A stretch of 64,000 bases of DNA from Candidatus Latescibacterota bacterium (GCA_965206595.1 OZ242214.1:6624001-6688000); one strand, 5' to 3'. Positions 1-10,534 are shown, counted from the stretch's first letter. Program-made: numbers and translations. The notes: generated by a model not told the origin, from the letters alone.

Positions 1-376
1 CCGCCTCTACCGCCATCTCCAGCACGTTGGCCGCGGACTTGCTCATCATGGCCCGGTGCTGCGGAGAGGTGCCGACGAAGGTGTGAATCCGCCCTTTCGG
101 CGCCCCCTTCAGGGCCTCCCCCGTGCGGTCGACATCCTTGAGCACGACGCGGCACAACCCGCAGATCGCCGGACCCTCGACCTCCTGCCCGATGCGGTGC
201 ACGGCCTCGAAGTCCTCGTTGGAAGAGATCGGAAACCCTGCTTCGATGACGTCGACGCCGAGTCGGGCGAGCTGATGGGCGATCTCGAGCTTGTCCGGCA
301 CGGTGAGAGAGGCGCCGGGCGTCTGCTCGGCGTCGCGCAACGTCGTATCGAAAATCACTACGCGATCACTTTCCAT
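1..376 (-). CDS. leuA: 2-isopropylmalate synthase (5' part, runs off window)
   Basis: Manual translation from ATG at 376: [24 protein letters not shown], the DRE-TIM DTTLRDxEQ motif; later IEAGFP and RIHTFVGTS; downstream of ilvC. Confidence 0.92.
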   Translation of the reverse strand, partial: MESDRVVIFDTTLRDAEQTPGASLTVPDKLEIAHQLARLGVDVIEAGFPISSNEDFEAVHRIGQEVEGPAICGLCRVVLKDVDRTGEALKGAPKGRIHTFVGTSPQHRAMMSKSAANVLEMAVEA

Positions 377-485
377 GACTCGTCCCTTTCATGACGCCAC
401 CTGGCAAGATTGTGGCTTCACTCGCGAGTTGCATGTGACCCGAAGGCGCACTGTGACTCGAATGGTTTCATGGATCCGGGGAGAC

Positions 486-1475
486 CTACCCTTCGAGCCA
501 ACTCATCATGCCGCGCAGACGGGCCCCCACCTCTTCGATCTGGTGCTCGGCGTCCTGGCGTTTGCGGGCGTTGTATACAGGCCTGCCAACCTGGTTTTCC
601 AGCATCCACTCTTTTGCGAACTGCCCGTTCTGCACCTCTTCGAGGATCTTCTTCATGCGCTGCCGCGTCTCTCCCGTCACCACTCGCTTGCCGCGGGTGA
701 GATCACCGAACTCGGCCGTGTCCGAGATCGACGAGCGCATGTTGGCGATGCCCCCTTCGTATATCAGGTCGACGATCAGCTTCACCTCGTGCAGGCACTC
801 GAAGTAGCAGACCTCGGGCTGGTAGCCCGCCTCGACGAGGGTCTCGAAGCCGGCGCGGATCAACTCGGTCAGGCCTCCGCACAGCACCACCTGCTCTCCG
901 AACAGGTCGGTCTCGGTCTCTTCGCGGAAGGTCGTCGTGATGACGCCTCCCCGGGTGCCGCCGATTCCCTTGGCGTAGGCGAGCCCGATTTCGTGGGCGC
1001 GCCCCGTGGCGTCCTGCCCGATCGCCAGCAGGCACGGGACCCCTCCCCCTTCTTCGTATACCCGGCGCACCAGGTGACCGGGTCCCTTCGGCGCCACCAT
1101 GAAGACATCGACGTTGGCCGGCGGCACCACCTGCTTGAAGTGAATGTTGAACCCGTGCGCGAAGGCCACGGCGTTTCCCTCTTCCAGGTTGGGCTCGATA
1201 TCGGCTTTGAACACCGCACCCTGGATCTCGTCGTTGATCAGAATCATGATGATGTCTCCCGCCTTCGCCGCTTCGGGTACCGTGGCGACCGCGAGGCCGT
1301 CTCTCTCCGCCTCGGCGCGGCGGGCGCTTCTTTCGCGCAGTCCGACGACGACATTCACGCCGCTCTCCTTGAGGTTGAGGGCGTGCGCGTGCCCCTGGCT
1401 GCCGTAGCCGATGACGGCCACGGTTTTGTCCGCGAGCAGTTCGAGGTTGGCGTCATCGTCGTAGAACATCTGCAT
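486..1475 (-). CDS. ilvC: ketol-acid reductoisomerase
   Basis: [37 protein letters not shown] and [10 protein letters not shown] motifs. Start moved to MQMFYD (1475), 9 nt after CAGGAG. Confidence 0.96.
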   Translation of the reverse strand: MQMFYDDDANLELLADKTVAVIGYGSQGHAHALNLKESGVNVVVGLRERSARRAEAERDGLAVATVPEAAKAGDIIMILINDEIQGAVFKADIEPNLEEGNAVAFAHGFNIHFKQVVPPANVDVFMVAPKGPGHLVRRVYEEGGGVPCLLAIGQDATGRAHEIGLAYAKGIGGTRGGVITTTFREETETDLFGEQVVLCGGLTELIRAGFETLVEAGYQPEVCYFECLHEVKLIVDLIYEGGIANMRSSISDTAEFGDLTRGKRVVTGETRQRMKKILEEVQNGQFAKEWMLENQVGRPVYNARKRQDAEHQIEEVGARLRGMMSWLEG

Positions 1476-1531
1476 CGTCGTCATCTCCTGGGGGGTGTTG
1501 AGGGAAGCATCGGTCTCGTCGACAGACATTT

Positions 1532-1607
1532 TTCGGTCACTGCCACAGACACAATTCGGTCACTGCCTTTTCGGTCACTGCCACAGACACAATTCGGTCA
1601 CTGCCTT
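1532..1607. repeat. 38-bp tandem duplication with four copies of TTCGGTCACTGCC
   Basis: The 13-mer starts at 1532, 1555, 1570 and 1593, separated by ACAGACACAA, TT and ACAGACACAA. Confidence 0.92.
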
Positions 1608-1663
1608 TGAATTTTATCAAGGCTCCGTTCTCGGTCGGGTTGTTGGTAGCGAAAGAGCGGAGC

Positions 1664-1798
1664 CTACTCGATCAGCGCGGTAAGGCGAAGGCCGAGGAGC
1701 AGGAGAATGATCGGAAGGAGGCGCAGAGATGCCGGTGTCGGGAGTTTGTTGCGCGAGGCGGGAGCCGCCTCGCGATCCTTGTCTGGAGAGCAGTACAA
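1664..1798 (-). promoter_or_regulatory. candidate Leu/Ile-rich leader peptide (attenuator) of ilvC-leuA
   Basis: TTG-started 44-codon ORF ending LRLLPIILLLLGLRLTALIE*, followed by a GGCTCCG...CGGAGCC stem; lies upstream of ilvC on the same strand. Confidence 0.55.
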
Positions 1799-1896
1799 AT
1801 CCAACCGGCCCAAGTGGTTAGAATAAAGTTACATATTTGTTAATATAGAACGGCTCCCCGGACGATGTCAACAACGCCGATAGTGACCGCTGGATA

Positions 1897-2883
1897 ATGC
1901 CCGCCCTGGACATCTACGAAATCGCCGATGCAAGCAACGCCGGGGACTGGGACGAGTTCGTGCGCGGCGCCGTGGGCGGCACGGTGTTCTCGACGCGGGC
2001 ATGGCTGGAGTGCGCGCAGGAAGCGACCGGCGACCGCGCCGTCAACTACGGCTGTTACAAGAAGGGACAGCTCGTAGCCGGCGTCAGCGGAATCGAGCGC
2101 CGTCGCGGCAGGCAGTTGATCACCCCGCCCCTGATGCCGCACGGCGGCTTCATCCACCGGCCGGTCCCCAGCGACCTGCCGTCGCGGCAGGAATCGGAGC
2201 GTCGCGGGGAAGCGCGCGCCCTAATCGAATTCCTGGAGGGCAGCTACGGCCACGTGCACCTCACCTTGTCACCTGCAATCGACGACGTCCGCGAGTTTTC
2301 CTGGGCAGGTTGGAACGCGGCGCCCCGGTACACCTACCTCACCGATCTCCGCTGCGGTTCGGCCGCGGTCTGGTCCCGCCTCGAGCGCCGCACCCGCACC
2401 GTAATCCGCAAAGCCTCGGAGATATTCCGGTTCGAGCCTGCCGACGATCTCGACGAGCTCGTGCAGCAGTACGAGATGGTCTATGGCGAACAGGGCCGCC
2501 CACCGGTTGCAGCCGATATCATGCGGCGGTTCGCCTTCGAGGCGCGGAAACACGAACTCACCGAGGCCTACCGCGTCGTCGACGGCACCGGCCGCACCGC
2601 CTCGGTAGTCGTATTTTCCCGCGGCTTCGACACCATCTACGCCTGGGTCTCCGGGGCCGATCCCGACTTTCGCGACAGCGGCGCCACTTCCTTTCTCTAC
2701 TGGAAGCTGCTCGAGCAGACCGGTTTTCCCCGGTTCGACTTCGTTGGCGCCAACCTTCCGGGAATCGCCTTTTTCAAGCGCGGATTCGGGGGCAGGCTGG
2801 TGTCATACTATGCCGTCGAGACCTTCCCGAACCGGCTGCTGAAACTGCTTGCCGGAGGCCGTCTCCTCCTGCGGGGATCCTGA
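1897..2883 (+). CDS. GNAT/FemAB-like acetyltransferase family protein
   Basis: WDEFV..GTVFSTRAWL N-terminus and FDFVGANLPGIAFFKRGFGG C-terminus. Confidence 0.75.
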   Translation: MPALDIYEIADASNAGDWDEFVRGAVGGTVFSTRAWLECAQEATGDRAVNYGCYKKGQLVAGVSGIERRRGRQLITPPLMPHGGFIHRPVPSDLPSRQESERRGEARALIEFLEGSYGHVHLTLSPAIDDVREFSWAGWNAAPRYTYLTDLRCGSAAVWSRLERRTRTVIRKASEIFRFEPADDLDELVQQYEMVYGEQGRPPVAADIMRRFAFEARKHELTEAYRVVDGTGRTASVVVFSRGFDTIYAWVSGADPDFRDSGATSFLYWKLLEQTGFPRFDFVGANLPGIAFFKRGFGGRLVSYYAVETFPNRLLKLLAGGRLLLRGS

Positions 2884-2943
2884 TCCTCCTTGCCGCCTTC
2901 CGAGGGAGCCGTGGATTCGCCAAATCGACAGGGGAGCCCGGCC

Positions 2944-4080
2944 GTGAAACCATACCGCATCGCCATAGTCGGACTCGGCAGCATGGGACATCACCACGCC
3001 GAGGCGGTAGAAGCGGAAAATACCTGCGAGCTCGCCGGCGCCGCGGAAGTCAATTGCGATCAATCGCGCAAATGGCGGCAGCGCTTCGCCGTCAAGGCGG
3101 TCTTCGATGACTACGAGAAGATGATGGATGAGCTCGAGCCCGACATCGTCATCCTAGCTACACACTCCCCCGTGCACTGCGCAGCCACTCTGGCCGCGGC
3201 GCAACGCGGCATCCACGTGTTCTGCGAAAAACCTATCGCCTTGAACCTGGTCGAGGCCGACGCCATGGTGGCCTCCTGCGACGACAACGACGTGCGCCTC
3301 GCCATCAATCACATCAAGCGGGCAAGTCCCTACAACCGCTACGTGCAGGAAAAGATCAGCAACGGCGAGATCGGCCGGCTCATCCAGGTCAAGGCTTTCG
3401 AAAAAGGGGGAAGGCGCGCCGGCAACGCCTTGATGGAGATGGGGACCCATTTGTACGACTGGGTTCGCTTTTTCGCCGGAGACATGGAATGGGCGCACGC
3501 CCACCTCCAGCAGCTCGACGGCAGGGAATCGAAGATCCGCGACATCAGACATACCCGAGAAGTAGATGCAAGCGATCGCGATTCCGGCCTGGTCCTGGGT
3601 GAGCGCGGATTCGTTTCCTTCCGTTTCAAGACGGGAATACATGCACAGGTGGAGTTTCTTGCCGAGCCGCGTGCCAACGACGATGCCTACGGTCTCGACC
3701 TGATCGGAACAGAAGGACGCCTGGCCCTGCGAGGCAGCGTCGGAACCGCTTTGTTCATCCACGACGGTTCTCATCACACCCCCATTGAGGAGTGGATCCC
3801 TCAGGCGGTCCCATCGGAGGATGTCGACGAACTGGGCAAGCGGCGGGACATGGCGGCGAAGAGGTTGTTATTACAGCGGTTGATGCTCCGCGATCTGATT
3901 GCGGCGATCGAGGAAGGACGCGATCCGGCAGCCAGCGGAAGGGATGGGCGTGACTGCCTGGAGATGATCCACGCCACCTGGGAGTCGCACTTGCGCAAAG
4001 CACGCGTCCGGGCGCCGCTGGAACCGCGCGAACATGTGCTGGAACTGTGGCAAAGGCAGGGTGATCCACGCTTTCTCTGA
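2944..4080 (+). CDS. Gfo/Idh/MocA oxidoreductase
   Basis: IAIVGLGSMG Rossmann motif, HVFCEKP and MEMGTH; GTG start after GGGGAG. Confidence 0.88.
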   Translation: MKPYRIAIVGLGSMGHHHAEAVEAENTCELAGAAEVNCDQSRKWRQRFAVKAVFDDYEKMMDELEPDIVILATHSPVHCAATLAAAQRGIHVFCEKPIALNLVEADAMVASCDDNDVRLAINHIKRASPYNRYVQEKISNGEIGRLIQVKAFEKGGRRAGNALMEMGTHLYDWVRFFAGDMEWAHAHLQQLDGRESKIRDIRHTREVDASDRDSGLVLGERGFVSFRFKTGIHAQVEFLAEPRANDDAYGLDLIGTEGRLALRGSVGTALFIHDGSHHTPIEEWIPQAVPSEDVDELGKRRDMAAKRLLLQRLMLRDLIAAIEEGRDPAASGRDGRDCLEMIHATWESHLRKARVRAPLEPREHVLELWQRQGDPRFL

Positions 4081-4265
4081 TTTGGCCTGGCATCCAGATG
4101 GTGCCGGCCACTTGGGCGAACCCCGCCACCAGGTATCGGTATGTCAAGACGGCTTTCGGCTATTGGCGCTGTCATCGTTCTCTGTATCCGGCGTTACAGC
4201 GCCCCCCGGCGCCCGGAACCTTGGCTGAAGGGACACGACCAGGCACCGACCAGGAGGCATAACCC

Positions 4266-4641
4266 ATGGTGAAGTTCCTCCTCAAGGAGCTCCTGGAGCG
4301 GAAGGGAGCTCCCACGCAGTCCGAGCTCGCCCGCAGAATCGGGATGCGGGCGCCAGCAGTTGAACCGACTGGTCAGGGGCGAGATCAAGCGCATCGACCT
4401 CGATACCCTCGATCGCATCTACCGCGCCCTTGGATGCGAGGGCGTCGACGAGCCGATCGTCCACGTCCCCGGGCCGATCTGCCAGCCTCCCGGGGAACCC
4501 TTTACGCAGGGCCCCTTCCTCCTGTCCTGCCTGCAGCCTCTGAGGACGCCTGAAGACCGGATTCCTCTCGCTCGCCGTGCCCCGGACGCCTCCCTATCTT
4601 ATCGAACTCCGCCCTCGATATTGCAATCGAACAGGTCCTGA
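4266..4641 (+). pseudogene. frameshifted Cro/C1 (XRE, YozG-like) HTH regulator
   Basis: MVKFLLKELLERKGAPTQSELARRIGMR continues as RQQLNRLVRGEIKRIDLDTLDRIYRALGC only if one G is removed from GGG at 4348-4350. The HTH core ends near 4470. RBS AGGAGG is present. Confidence 0.7.
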
Positions 4642-5603
4642 TGACGACGGAAACACTTCCCCAGTTCACCTTCAGCGGCCGTCCGCTCGACATGTCGGGT
4701 GTCGGCCCCCTGCGCAGCTCTATCGACGTTGTCGCGGACCGCGAGGAGCTGCACCGGCGCATGGCTGCCGACGGCTATCTCTTCCTTCCCGGATACCTCG
4801 ACCGCGACGAGGTCGCCGCGGCGCGTATGAGCGCCATGCGGCGGATCGCCGCTACGGGGGTCTTCGAGGAGGGTTCCCCTCTCGAGGAAGGGCGATTCAA
4901 GCCCGGAACGAGGATCCGCTCTGCCCAGGACGTGCCTGTCGACAACCCCGAGATCGACAGGCTGCTCTACTCCGGCCGCATGATCCAGTTCTACGAGTTC
5001 TTTCTCGGCGGGCAGGTGGCGCACTTCGACTACACTTGGTTCCGGGCCAAGACGCAGGGGAAGGCCATCGCCACCGACCCGCACTGCGACATCGTATTCA
5101 TGTCGCGCGGAACCAGGAACCTGTACACCTCCTGGACCCCCCTCGACGACGTCCCGTTTGAAATGGGCGGGCTGATGCTGCTCGAAGGCTCGCACCTGCA
5201 GGAGGAGCTGAAGGCTACCTACGGCTGCGCCGACGTCAACCTGTACTGCGAGAATTCCGGGGAGGCCGCGGCCATCGTCGCCGCGGCGAAGGCGGAAAAT
5301 CGCGAACTGACCGGCGAGGAGAGGAACCACATTCAGTGGACCACCCTCGGCCCCTACGGCAAGGACCCGATCGACACCCGCGCCGACCTCGGAGGCCGCT
5401 GGCTGACCGCCGACTACAGGATGGGCGACCTGCTGGTCTTCACCATGTACACCATGCACGCCGCCCACGACAACCAGACCGACCGCCTGCGGATCTCCAC
5501 CGACTCCCGCTACCAGCTCGCCTCCGAGCCGATCGACAGCCGCTGGGTCGGCGATCCCCCTCCGGGAAACGGCATCGGGCACCATCGAGGGACGATCTGT
5601 TGA
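4641..5603 (+). CDS. phytanoyl-CoA dioxygenase (PhyH) family Fe(II)/2OG enzyme
   Basis: DGYLFLPG, PHCD (HxD), WTPLDD, GDLLVF, distal H and RISTDSRYQ. Confidence 0.85.
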   Translation: MTTETLPQFTFSGRPLDMSGVGPLRSSIDVVADREELHRRMAADGYLFLPGYLDRDEVAAARMSAMRRIAATGVFEEGSPLEEGRFKPGTRIRSAQDVPVDNPEIDRLLYSGRMIQFYEFFLGGQVAHFDYTWFRAKTQGKAIATDPHCDIVFMSRGTRNLYTSWTPLDDVPFEMGGLMLLEGSHLQEELKATYGCADVNLYCENSGEAAAIVAAAKAENRELTGEERNHIQWTTLGPYGKDPIDTRADLGGRWLTADYRMGDLLVFTMYTMHAAHDNQTDRLRISTDSRYQLASEPIDSRWVGDPPPGNGIGHHRGTIC

Positions 5604-5628
5604 GGCCGGCTTCCCCGGGTAGGCGGCC

Positions 5629-6711
5629 GTGAGCCGGCCGCTTCGGCTCGGCATCGTCGGGGCGGGCTTCACCGGCAGGCAGGCCGCGCTCTCCGCGTCC
5701 CAGATGGCGCGGGTCGAAAACGCGGCGATCGCCGACACCGATTCGGGGCGCCGCGACCCGGTGGCCGAGGAGTTCGGCATTTCCGGCCGCTACGCCGACT
5801 ACCGCGAGCTGCTCAGCGACGGCCGCGTCGACGCCATCTATCTCGGCGTCCCTCCCGACATACGCACGCCGATGGTCCTCGACAGCCTCGCCGCGGGCAA
5901 GCACGTCCTGGTGCAGAAGCCGCACGCGACCCGGGCCGGGGAGATCCTCGAGATAGGGACGGCCGCGCAACGGGCCGGCAGGGTCGTCCAGTTCTGCTAT
6001 TACCTGCGCCACTACCCCCACAACCGCGCCGTCCGCCTCGCGGTCGCCGCGGGAAGGATCGGCGAGCCCTACCACGGCCGCTATTTCAGCAAGAACGCGA
6101 GCCCGCCGGAAACGATTACCGATGCCAACCGCTGGCTGCACGTGTACGGCATGAAGGGGGGCGTGCTGGCCCAACACATGTCGCACGATCTCAACCTGCT
6201 CTGGTGGTGGATGGGCTGTCCGGAACCGCAGTGGGCCTTCGCCGCCAAGCACCACCTGCACCCTCTGTACGACGGCCCGGAAGGCCCCTCGGAAGATTAC
6301 TTCAGCGGCCTTCTCGGCTTCGCCGGCGGCAGGACGATCCAGATCGACTGCAGCAACTCCAGCCACTGCGACACCCCGCGAACCTGCGAGCTGCACGGCA
6401 CCGAGGGGGCTATCGCCGGCAATGCCCGCTGCGGCCTGGGCCACGCCCCCGGTTCGCCAGCGAACGAGGCGGTGTTCCGCCGCACCGGGAACGGGTACCG
6501 GCGCGAAGAGATCCCCCTGGAATCCGACATCGAACAGACCGAGGCGCCCGAGGGGGCGTCGCCGTTCTACCACGAGATCGAGCGCTTCGCGATGGCAGTC
6601 GCCGGCGAAACCGTGCCGGAGGTCTCGGCAGCGGAGGCGCACCTGTTCATGAAGATGCTCGACGCCCTCTACGACAGCGCCGAAACCGAACGGAAAATCG
6701 ATATCCGTTGA
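5629..6711 (+). CDS. Gfo/Idh/MocA oxidoreductase
   Basis: LGIVGAGFTG, GKHVLVQKP and GGVLAQHMSH. Confidence 0.85.
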   Translation: MSRPLRLGIVGAGFTGRQAALSASQMARVENAAIADTDSGRRDPVAEEFGISGRYADYRELLSDGRVDAIYLGVPPDIRTPMVLDSLAAGKHVLVQKPHATRAGEILEIGTAAQRAGRVVQFCYYLRHYPHNRAVRLAVAAGRIGEPYHGRYFSKNASPPETITDANRWLHVYGMKGGVLAQHMSHDLNLLWWWMGCPEPQWAFAAKHHLHPLYDGPEGPSEDYFSGLLGFAGGRTIQIDCSNSSHCDTPRTCELHGTEGAIAGNARCGLGHAPGSPANEAVFRRTGNGYRREEIPLESDIEQTEAPEGASPFYHEIERFAMAVAGETVPEVSAAEAHLFMKMLDALYDSAETERKIDIR

Positions 6712-6739
6712 AAACCACCTGACCGGAGAAAATACCGAA

Positions 6740-7492
6740 ATGGACATCAGACCGAACCGGATCAAGCAGAAGCTCGCCGACGGAGGCGTCGCCTGCATCC
6801 TCAGCGGCATCTCCGATCCCGACGGCATCGACGCCTTCGGCCCCAACGGCTTCGACGGCGTCTGGCTCGAGGGGGAACACGGCTCCGCCGACGCCTCCAG
6901 GCTCGGCGACCTGACGCGCGCCTGCGACATCTGGGGCATGACCTCGGTTGTGCGCGTCAACAGGAACGATCAGGCGCTGATCTACCGCACCCTGGATTGC
7001 GGCGCCACCGGCATATGCGTACCCCACGTCGACACCAGGGAGGAGGCGCAGAACGTCGTCGACGGGGGAAAGTTCGCGCCGGTCGGCAAGCGCGGCATGT
7101 ACACCAGCCGCCAGGGGTACGGGGTCGAGAACTTCTTCGAGAAGGCCAACGAACAGTCGCTGCTCATCGTTCTGATCGAGGACATCAAGGCGATTTTGAA
7201 TCTCGACGCGATCCTCACGGTCGATCACATCGACGTCTTCTTCGTAGCCCCCACGGACCTCGCCCAGTCGATGGGACACAACGCCGACACCGCGCACCCG
7301 GAGGTTCAGGACACGATCACCGACGCCCTCGCCCGCATCAACGCCGCCGGGCGGGTCGCCGGCTTCACCACCTCCAACGACCAGGTGGAGGACTACGTCG
7401 GCCGCGGCGCCCGGGTGGTCCTGACCTCGGTGGGGGCGTGGCTGGCGGCTGGCGCCAGGGATTTCATCGCGCGCGCCGAGTCCGCTCTGTAG
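6740..7492 (+). CDS. HpcH/HpaI aldolase family protein
   Basis: WLEGEHG, LDCGATGICVPHV, PVGKRG, VLIED and FVAPTDL. Confidence 0.88.
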   Translation: MDIRPNRIKQKLADGGVACILSGISDPDGIDAFGPNGFDGVWLEGEHGSADASRLGDLTRACDIWGMTSVVRVNRNDQALIYRTLDCGATGICVPHVDTREEAQNVVDGGKFAPVGKRGMYTSRQGYGVENFFEKANEQSLLIVLIEDIKAILNLDAILTVDHIDVFFVAPTDLAQSMGHNADTAHPEVQDTITDALARINAAGRVAGFTTSNDQVEDYVGRGARVVLTSVGAWLAAGARDFIARAESAL

Positions 7493-7621
7493 TGTCTAGA
7501 TAGGTAGTCTGCGGACCGGGGAATCAGCGAATCCATTTGACTGGGCCGCGGCCCCGCGATCACTTGGCAGTCCGGGAACCGTAGCCACCCTTCCCGATCC
7601 CCGAACGGAGCGGAAGACGAC

Positions 7622-10534
7622 CTACAGTACCGGCACCAACTCCAGGGCCCGCCCGCCGTCGGCGTTGGCGGCTTCCAGGGCGTCGCGCGAACCCAGCACG
7701 GCTATGCGGCCCCTCTGCCCCACCTGTTCGAGCACGTCGGCGAAGGCCCGGAACTCCGCGGTCGTGGTCGCCAGCACCGCATCCCGCAGGCGCTGGCGAA
7801 AGCCGTCATCCATGCCGGTCAGCTCCCTCACCATCGAGGTGTAGCCCTTGGCGTCGGGCAGCTGGTAGGCGTCGAGGTCGCTGATCGTCCCGATGATCGC
7901 CTTGGTCAGCTCCTCCTCGGAGAGATCGACCTCGCGCAGAAAGCGCCCCGAGTCGTCGAAGTTGGCGAGGGTCTCGCGGAGGTTGGGGTCCCGGTACGAA
8001 GCGAAGGCGAGGATCCCCGAGAAGGGATCGAATGAACAGAAGGCCCCGTAGGCGCCGCCCTGGACGCGGACGCGGTCCCACAGCCATGTGTTGCGGAGGT
8101 AGCGCGTTATCACGGCGGCCGAGCCGTGCAGCTCGTACCCGAGCTCGTACAGGTTCGCGGCCTTGCCGACGTAGTTGACCTGCGCCGGGATCACCAGACC
8201 CTCGCACTTGCTGTCGTACCTCGGTTCCCACGCCGCTTCTTTCGCAGGGGCCTCCGGCAGCCCCTCGACCAGCTCCGCGAGCTGCCTCTCGAACCCGGGG
8301 CGGTCGGCGTCCGGGAGCGTGGCGTTGCACAGCAGGGTGCGCCGGTTCACCAGCAGGCGGCGCAGCTCCTCGAGCCTCGCGAGCACCCCGGGCCAGTCGC
8401 TCTCGATATCGGCGACCAGCTGCCGCAGGAAAAAGAGGTGGCTGACCCCCTCCATCTGCTCCGACACCCACGCCGCCTCGTCGAGCTGAGCCCGCAGGCG
8501 CAGGGCGACGACCCCGTGCCCCCCGGGCACAAGGCCGGCCTCCTGCTCGGCACGCTCCTCGAGCGCCATCTGCAGGAACCGCTCCCGGTTGTCGAGGTTC
8601 ACCGTGTTGAGGATGTCCCCCATGATGTCGACGAGGTCGCCGACTTGGCCGACCATTGCCTTGCCGCGCAGGAAGAATCGCGCCAGGGCCTCTTTCGAGC
8701 CGCGCCTGGACGACACCAGGGTACGCGGCCAGACACCGCCGGTGCGCGCGCCGATGCGCTGCGCGAGCTGTACGAAATCCTCCTTTTCGGTACCCATCTC
8801 GAGGAGGGCGCGCCCGAACAGCGGCAGGTAGGGGAGGAGCTGCTCCGGCACCGTGCGCACCGAGAAACCGATGTCCGCGTAGACGATGCCGTTGGTGAAG
8901 AGGTCGTGGAACAGGGCGGGGGCGCCTGCGACCTCCCCCCTGTCAAGCGGTATGGTGCGGATCTCCGGTTCCAGATCCTCGAGGGTCAGGCGCGGCAGCC
9001 TGGCGAGATCGGCAGGGTCGTCCGGTTGCTGCTGGCGCCGGGCAAGCTCTTCCGCCTCCGCGGCGATCGTCTGCAGCTGCCCGTCGCTCATCCCCGAACG
9101 CGCCCGGTTCAGCCGCTCCTCCTCATCCTGCTCCTCGCGCCGGGCCTGCTCTTCGTCGGCGCGCAGGTAGAGCATGGTGCAATGGCTGTTGTCGAGCAGG
9201 TGACGCCTGATCAGCTGCTCGAACCAGCCGTCCGCCTCGGCCCTCCGCCTGACCTCGGCCAGGGTTCCGGCGTAGGAAAGCGGCGCGAACGGGTCGCGGT
9301 CGTAGAGCCACGTCGTCAACGCCCTGAGCATCAGCGCCAGGCCGCGGGGAAAGGAACCGGTGTTGTTCTCCCGCAGGCGGAACTCCGAGGTATTGAGCGC
9401 CGCGGTCACCGTCTCCTTGGCGATGCCCTCCTCCGCCAGCGATTCCAGGGTCTTGAGCACCAGCTCGACGACTCCCTCCTCGTCTTCACGGGGGACCCCC
9501 TTCAGGCCGATCGAGAAGAAGAACTGTTGCAGCTCGGTCTCCAGGCCAGTACCGGAGAGATCTTCGCCGAAGCCCGACTCGATAAGCGCCTTGCGCAGCG
9601 GCGATGCCGGCGTCCCCAGCAGCGCGTGGTCTAGTATCTGCAACCCGAGACCGGTAACGGGGTCGATTTCCTCGTGCATAAGCCAGTTGACGGTGACCAT
9701 GCTCCTGGCGCGGCCGTCCCCACCCCCTTCCTCACCCGCGGCGTAGGTGCGCTCGACGCGCCGCCGCCCGGCGAACGGGGGCTGCCAGGCGACCGCCGAC
9801 CTGATCTCGACCGCCTGGTATTCGCCCAGGTACTCCTCGAGCACCTCGAAACGGCGCTCGACCGGGTCGTCGCCGTAGAAGTAGATGCGCGCGTTGGCCG
9901 GGTGGTAGAAGTCGCGGTGGAAGCTTTCGAACTGCTCGTAGGTCAGGTCCGGTATCTCGCGCGGGTGGCCCCCGGAATCGACGCCGTAGGTGTTGTCGGG
10001 GAACAGCGAATGCTGCACGTACTCCGCCATCACCCGGTCCGGCGAAGAGTTCGCCCCCTTCATCTCGTTGAACACCACCCCCTTGAACACCAGGGGGCCG
10101 CCGGCCTCCTCGAGCTCGTAATGCCAGCCCTCCTGCTGCAGAACCTGCGGCGTCAGGCGGGGGTGGAAGACCGCATCGAGGTAGACGTCGATCAGGTTGT
10201 AGAAATCCTGGAGGTTCTGACTGGCGACGGGATAGCAGGTCTTGTCGGGGTAGGTGAAGGCGTTGAGGAAGGTCTTCAGCGAACCTTTGAGCAGCTCGAC
10301 GAACGGCTCCTTGACCGGGTACTTGCGCGAGCCGCACAACACCGAGTGCTCGAGGATGTGCGCCACCCCGGTCGAATCCTCGGGCGGAGTCCGGAAGGTT
10401 ATGCCGAAGACCTTGTTCTCGTCGTCGTTCGAAAGCGACAGCAGCTCCGCACCGGTGCGGTGGCGGTAGAGGCGGCCCCGGGTGTCGAGCTCGGCGATGT
10501 CGCGCTCGGCGATCAGTTCGAAGTCATGGCTCAT
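7622..10534 (-). CDS. M16C insulinase-family peptidase (PreP/Cym1-like)
   Basis: TGVAHILEHSVLCGSRKYPVKEPF (HxxEH), LNAFTYPDKTCYP, RVQGGAYG and SYRDP. Start set at MSHDFE. Confidence 0.93.
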   Translation of the reverse strand: MSHDFELIAERDIAELDTRGRLYRHRTGAELLSLSNDDENKVFGITFRTPPEDSTGVAHILEHSVLCGSRKYPVKEPFVELLKGSLKTFLNAFTYPDKTCYPVASQNLQDFYNLIDVYLDAVFHPRLTPQVLQQEGWHYELEEAGGPLVFKGVVFNEMKGANSSPDRVMAEYVQHSLFPDNTYGVDSGGHPREIPDLTYEQFESFHRDFYHPANARIYFYGDDPVERRFEVLEEYLGEYQAVEIRSAVAWQPPFAGRRRVERTYAAGEEGGGDGRARSMVTVNWLMHEEIDPVTGLGLQILDHALLGTPASPLRKALIESGFGEDLSGTGLETELQQFFFSIGLKGVPREDEEGVVELVLKTLESLAEEGIAKETVTAALNTSEFRLRENNTGSFPRGLALMLRALTTWLYDRDPFAPLSYAGTLAEVRRRAEADGWFEQLIRRHLLDNSHCTMLYLRADEEQARREEQDEEERLNRARSGMSDGQLQTIAAEAEELARRQQQPDDPADLARLPRLTLEDLEPEIRTIPLDRGEVAGAPALFHDLFTNGIVYADIGFSVRTVPEQLLPYLPLFGRALLEMGTEKEDFVQLAQRIGARTGGVWPRTLVSSRRGSKEALARFFLRGKAMVGQVGDLVDIMGDILNTVNLDNRERFLQMALEERAEQEAGLVPGGHGVVALRLRAQLDEAAWVSEQMEGVSHLFFLRQLVADIESDWPGVLARLEELRRLLVNRRTLLCNATLPDADRPGFERQLAELVEGLPEAPAKEAAWEPRYDSKCEGLVIPAQVNYVGKAANLYELGYELHGSAAVITRYLRNTWLWDRVRVQGGAYGAFCSFDPFSGILAFASYRDPNLRETLANFDDSGRFLREVDLSEEELTKAIIGTISDLDAYQLPDAKGYTSMVRELTGMDDGFRQRLRDAVLATTTAEFRAFADVLEQVGQRGRIAVLGSRDALEAANADGGRALELVPVL

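Noticed and set aside
424-460. UUCG-capped imperfect hairpin between ilvC and leuA
   Set aside because: Short, mismatched and without a U tail; function cannot be supported.
1532-1607. CRISPR interpretation of the repeat array
   Set aside because: 13-bp repeat, repeated 2-10 bp spacers and no cas genes.
7489-7520. TAGTGTCTAGATAGGTAGT as a possible IS end
   Set aside because: No partner inverted repeat or transposase seen.
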